Below are positions 61,688 through 64,000 of a stretch of 64,000 nt of DNA, piece after piece. The first letter of the stretch is position 1; each line of letters opens with the position of its first letter. The stretch lies in NCBI GenBank assembly GCA_035531315.1, contig DATKTD010000340.1, positions 4,731-68,730 of the forward strand, written 5' to 3'. The DNA comes from Rectinemataceae bacterium. Lineage in GTDB: Bacteria; Spirochaetota; Spirochaetia; Treponematales; Rectinemataceae. The notes under the pieces are model-generated. The model was not told the DNA's origin and searched no databases. It was given only the letters and a program-made list of their open reading frames with translations. Position numbers and translations under genes: made by a program.

Positions 61688-62788
61688 TCAGCCGTTCTTC
61701 TTGCGGAACTCTTCCATGAACTGCACGGTCGTCTTGACCGCGTCGAGATTGACGGCGTTGTAGGCGGAGAGCCTGATGCCGCCCACCGTGCGGTAGCCCT
61801 TGACCTGGACGATGCCCGCGGTCTTGGCCTCCTTGATGAACTTTTCGTCGAGCTCGGGCGTGGGGAGCTTGAAGACGATGTTCATCCAGGAGCGGTCGCC
61901 GGGGGCCACGGGGCAGGAGTAGTAGCCGCTGGAGCCGTCGATGGCGGAGTAGAGGGCCTTCTGCTTGGCGTCGTTGACCCTGCCCATGGCCTCGAGACCG
62001 CCGTTCTTCTTGAGCCAGCGGAGGACGAGGTCGAGGATGTAGATCGAAAAGCAGGGCGGGGTGTTGAACATCGAGTCGTGCTCGTTGAAGACCTTGTACG
62101 ACATCATCGTAGGTAGGTCTTCTTTCGCCTTGGCGAGGAAGTCCTCCTTGATGGCGACGACCGTCACGCCCGATGGTCCGAGGTTCTTCTGGGCGCCGGC
62201 GTAGATCAGGGAGTGCTTGTTGAACTCCATCGGCCTCGAGAAGATGTCGCTGGACATGTCGGCGACGAGGGGCTTGCCCTTGGCGTCGGGAGTGTAATGG
62301 AACTCCGTGCCCTCGATGGTGTTGTTGGTGGTGTAGTGGAGGTACTCGGCGGCCGGATTGAGCTTGAGCTCGGCCTGCTTCGGGATGGCGTTGGGGGCCC
62401 CACCCTCGCGCTCCATGTTGGCGGGGAAGCTGATCGCGCCGAAGCGCTTAGCCTCCTTGATCGCGGCCTTCGACCAGTTGCCCGTGTTGATATAATCGGC
62501 CTGCTTGCCTTCGCCCGCGGCGCCGAGATAGTTCATCGGGAGCATGAGGAACTGGGTGGAGGCCCCGCCCGTGGTGAAGAGGATCTTCCACTCGGGCCCC
62601 ATGCCGGCGAGCTCGCGGAAGAGGTCCATCGCCCCGTGATGGAGGGCGTCGTATTCCTTGCCGCGGTGCGAGACTTCCATCACCGAGCAGCCGGTGCCCT
62701 GCCAGTCGAGCATTTCGTCGCGGGCCTGCTCGAGGACCTCGACGGGGATGGCGGCCGGACCGGCCGAAAAATTGATGACGCGCTTCAT
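61688..62788 (-). CDS. serC: phosphoserine aminotransferase
   Basis: Track ORF 61688..63001, trimmed to ATG 62788 (MKRVINFSAGPAAIPVEVLEQA). MEVSHRGKEY. YAGAQKNLGPSGVTVV (PLP lysine). Confidence 0.93.
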   Translation of the reverse strand: MKRVINFSAGPAAIPVEVLEQARDEMLDWQGTGCSVMEVSHRGKEYDALHHGAMDLFRELAGMGPEWKILFTTGGASTQFLMLPMNYLGAAGEGKQADYINTGNWSKAAIKEAKRFGAISFPANMEREGGAPNAIPKQAELKLNPAAEYLHYTTNNTIEGTEFHYTPDAKGKPLVADMSSDIFSRPMEFNKHSLIYAGAQKNLGPSGVTVVAIKEDFLAKAKEDLPTMMSYKVFNEHDSMFNTPPCFSIYILDLVLRWLKKNGGLEAMGRVNDAKQKALYSAIDGSSGYYSCPVAPGDRSWMNIVFKLPTPELDEKFIKEAKTAGIVQVKGYRTVGGIRLSAYNAVNLDAVKTTVQFMEEFRKKNG

Positions 62789-62801
62789 GCTGCTATCTCC
62801 T

Positions 62802-63677
62802 TCATTTGCCCGCGTACTTGGCGACGCGGGTGACGATCGAGTCGCCCAGGCGGAGGAGGTTCTCCCCGGTCGAGGCGCCGAGATGAGGCGTGAGGAGGAC
62901 ACGGGGGGCCGTGAGGAGGGGCGAACCCTCGGGCGGTTCCTTGAGGAAGACGTCGGAGGCGTAGCCGCCCAGCCTGCCCTCGTTGAGGGCGGCCGCGACA
63001 TCCTCCTCGACGATGACCTGGCCGCGGCAGGTGTTGATGATGTGGACGCCCTTTTTCATCGTGGCGATGGCCTTCGCGTCGATCATGCCCTTCGTCTCGG
63101 GGGTCAGGGGCACGTGGAGGGAAATGTAGTCGGAGCGGGCGTAGAGGCCATCGAGATCGCACATCTCGTCGGTGTCGGAGCAAGACGAGACGAAGCGGTC
63201 GTAGGCGATGACGCGCATGCCGAAGGCGCGGGCCCGGACGGCCAGCTCGCGGGCGATGCGGCCGATGCCGATGAGGCCGAGGGTCTTGCCGTAGAGCTCG
63301 GTGCGCTCGAGTTCCTTCTTGAGCCACTTGCCCTGCTTGATCGAGGTATCGGCCTCGACGAGGTGGGCGGGCATGGCGATCATCATCGCGAAGGCGAGCT
63401 CGGCCACGGCGAGGCTCGACGCCTCGGGGGTGTTGTCGACGTCGATGCCTTTCTGTTTCGCGTACTCGACATCGATCGTATCGACACCCACGCCGCCCCG
63501 GATGATGTACTTCAGCTTCGGCGCCTTGTCGATCATGGTCTTGTCGACCTTGGTCTTCGAGCGGACGATGACGACCTCGGCCTCGGCTATCCTGCCGAGA
63601 TCGCTGCTGAGCTCCCCGTAGGCGGCGAGCCGACCGGGCAGGTCCGGAGCGAAGGCGTCTGCGAGAAGGATGAGCAT
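62802..63677 (-). CDS. serA: D-3-phosphoglycerate dehydrogenase-like 2-hydroxyacid dehydrogenase (short form)
   Basis: RBS GGAGGA. GLIGIGRIARELAVRARAFGMRVIAYD (NAD fold). LHVPLTPETKGMI. LLTPHLGAST. Adjacent to serC. Confidence 0.82.
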   Translation of the reverse strand: MLILLADAFAPDLPGRLAAYGELSSDLGRIAEAEVVIVRSKTKVDKTMIDKAPKLKYIIRGGVGVDTIDVEYAKQKGIDVDNTPEASSLAVAELAFAMMIAMPAHLVEADTSIKQGKWLKKELERTELYGKTLGLIGIGRIARELAVRARAFGMRVIAYDRFVSSCSDTDEMCDLDGLYARSDYISLHVPLTPETKGMIDAKAIATMKKGVHIINTCRGQVIVEEDVAAALNEGRLGGYASDVFLKEPPEGSPLLTAPRVLLTPHLGASTGENLLRLGDSIVTRVAKYAGK

Positions 63678-63942
63678 ATATTCCTCCCGTATATGATTGA
63701 AAGCGGGCTGGGCCCGGGTCTCAGGGCCCGCGATCGAGGGGCCCTACCAGAGATTATTTTATTGTACCATAACCCCCGATAGTGTCAAGTTCGCATATCG
63801 AAATGATGTTTCAAAAATCGAACTTTTGACCATCTTCTATGCCATTTTCTCTATTTAAAAAAAAGGTCTTGCGGGGCGATGAAGCGCGGTCGATTCTTAC
63901 ATCCAAGTACCTACTTTTTCGACGCGAGCGGAAGGAGTTGTC

Positions 63943-64000
63943 ATGAGGAGCATCACCACAAAGATCATCGCCCTGGCTCTGACGACGGCCTTGGTCGTCT
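63943..64000 (+). CDS. start of a secreted or membrane protein (truncated by the window end)
   Basis: GAAGGAG 5 nt upstream of ATG 63943. MRSITTKIIALALTTALVV is signal-peptide-like. Only 19 codons are visible. Confidence 0.4.
   Translation, partial: MRSITTKIIALALTTALVV

Overview
This is a dense, high-GC (roughly mid-60s % by eye) bacterial chromosomal segment with about 56 protein genes and 3 tRNA genes. I found no rRNA, no CRISPR array and no recognisable transposase or integrase. A P83/100-family surface protein, many chemotaxis genes and leaderless-looking promoters suggest a free-living spirochaete-like organism; that assignment is inference only. Content from left to right:
- thioesterase and a beta-CASP hydrolase
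- a PAS histidine kinase / sigma-54 activator pair followed by a sigma-54 promoter driving an MCP-cheW pair
- a REC-PAS histidine kinase, an EamA transporter and RNA methyltransferases
- P83/100, tdh and an Rsm22-like methyltransferase
- tRNA-Asp and tRNA-Pro
- a DUF72-imuB-dnaE2 mutagenesis operon with a palindromic operator
- a LEA-2 protein
- selB-selA-selC, a periplasmic rhodanese and an 11-haem cytochrome c
- carAB
- two paralogous ECF sigma / anti-sigma modules
- MCP-cheY-cheA
- a TolC-adaptor-RND efflux operon
- a DUF4954 pair, a membrane histidine kinase and serC-serA

The most notable observation is the cytochrome gene. It is interrupted by one in-frame TGA directly upstream of the Sec-insertion genes, so it is a candidate selenocysteine-containing multihaem cytochrome. 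Many very long ORFs in the supplied track are antisense or alternate-frame shadows of real genes, as expected in GC-rich DNA, and I rejected them. Family names come from motif recognition by eye, with no database search.
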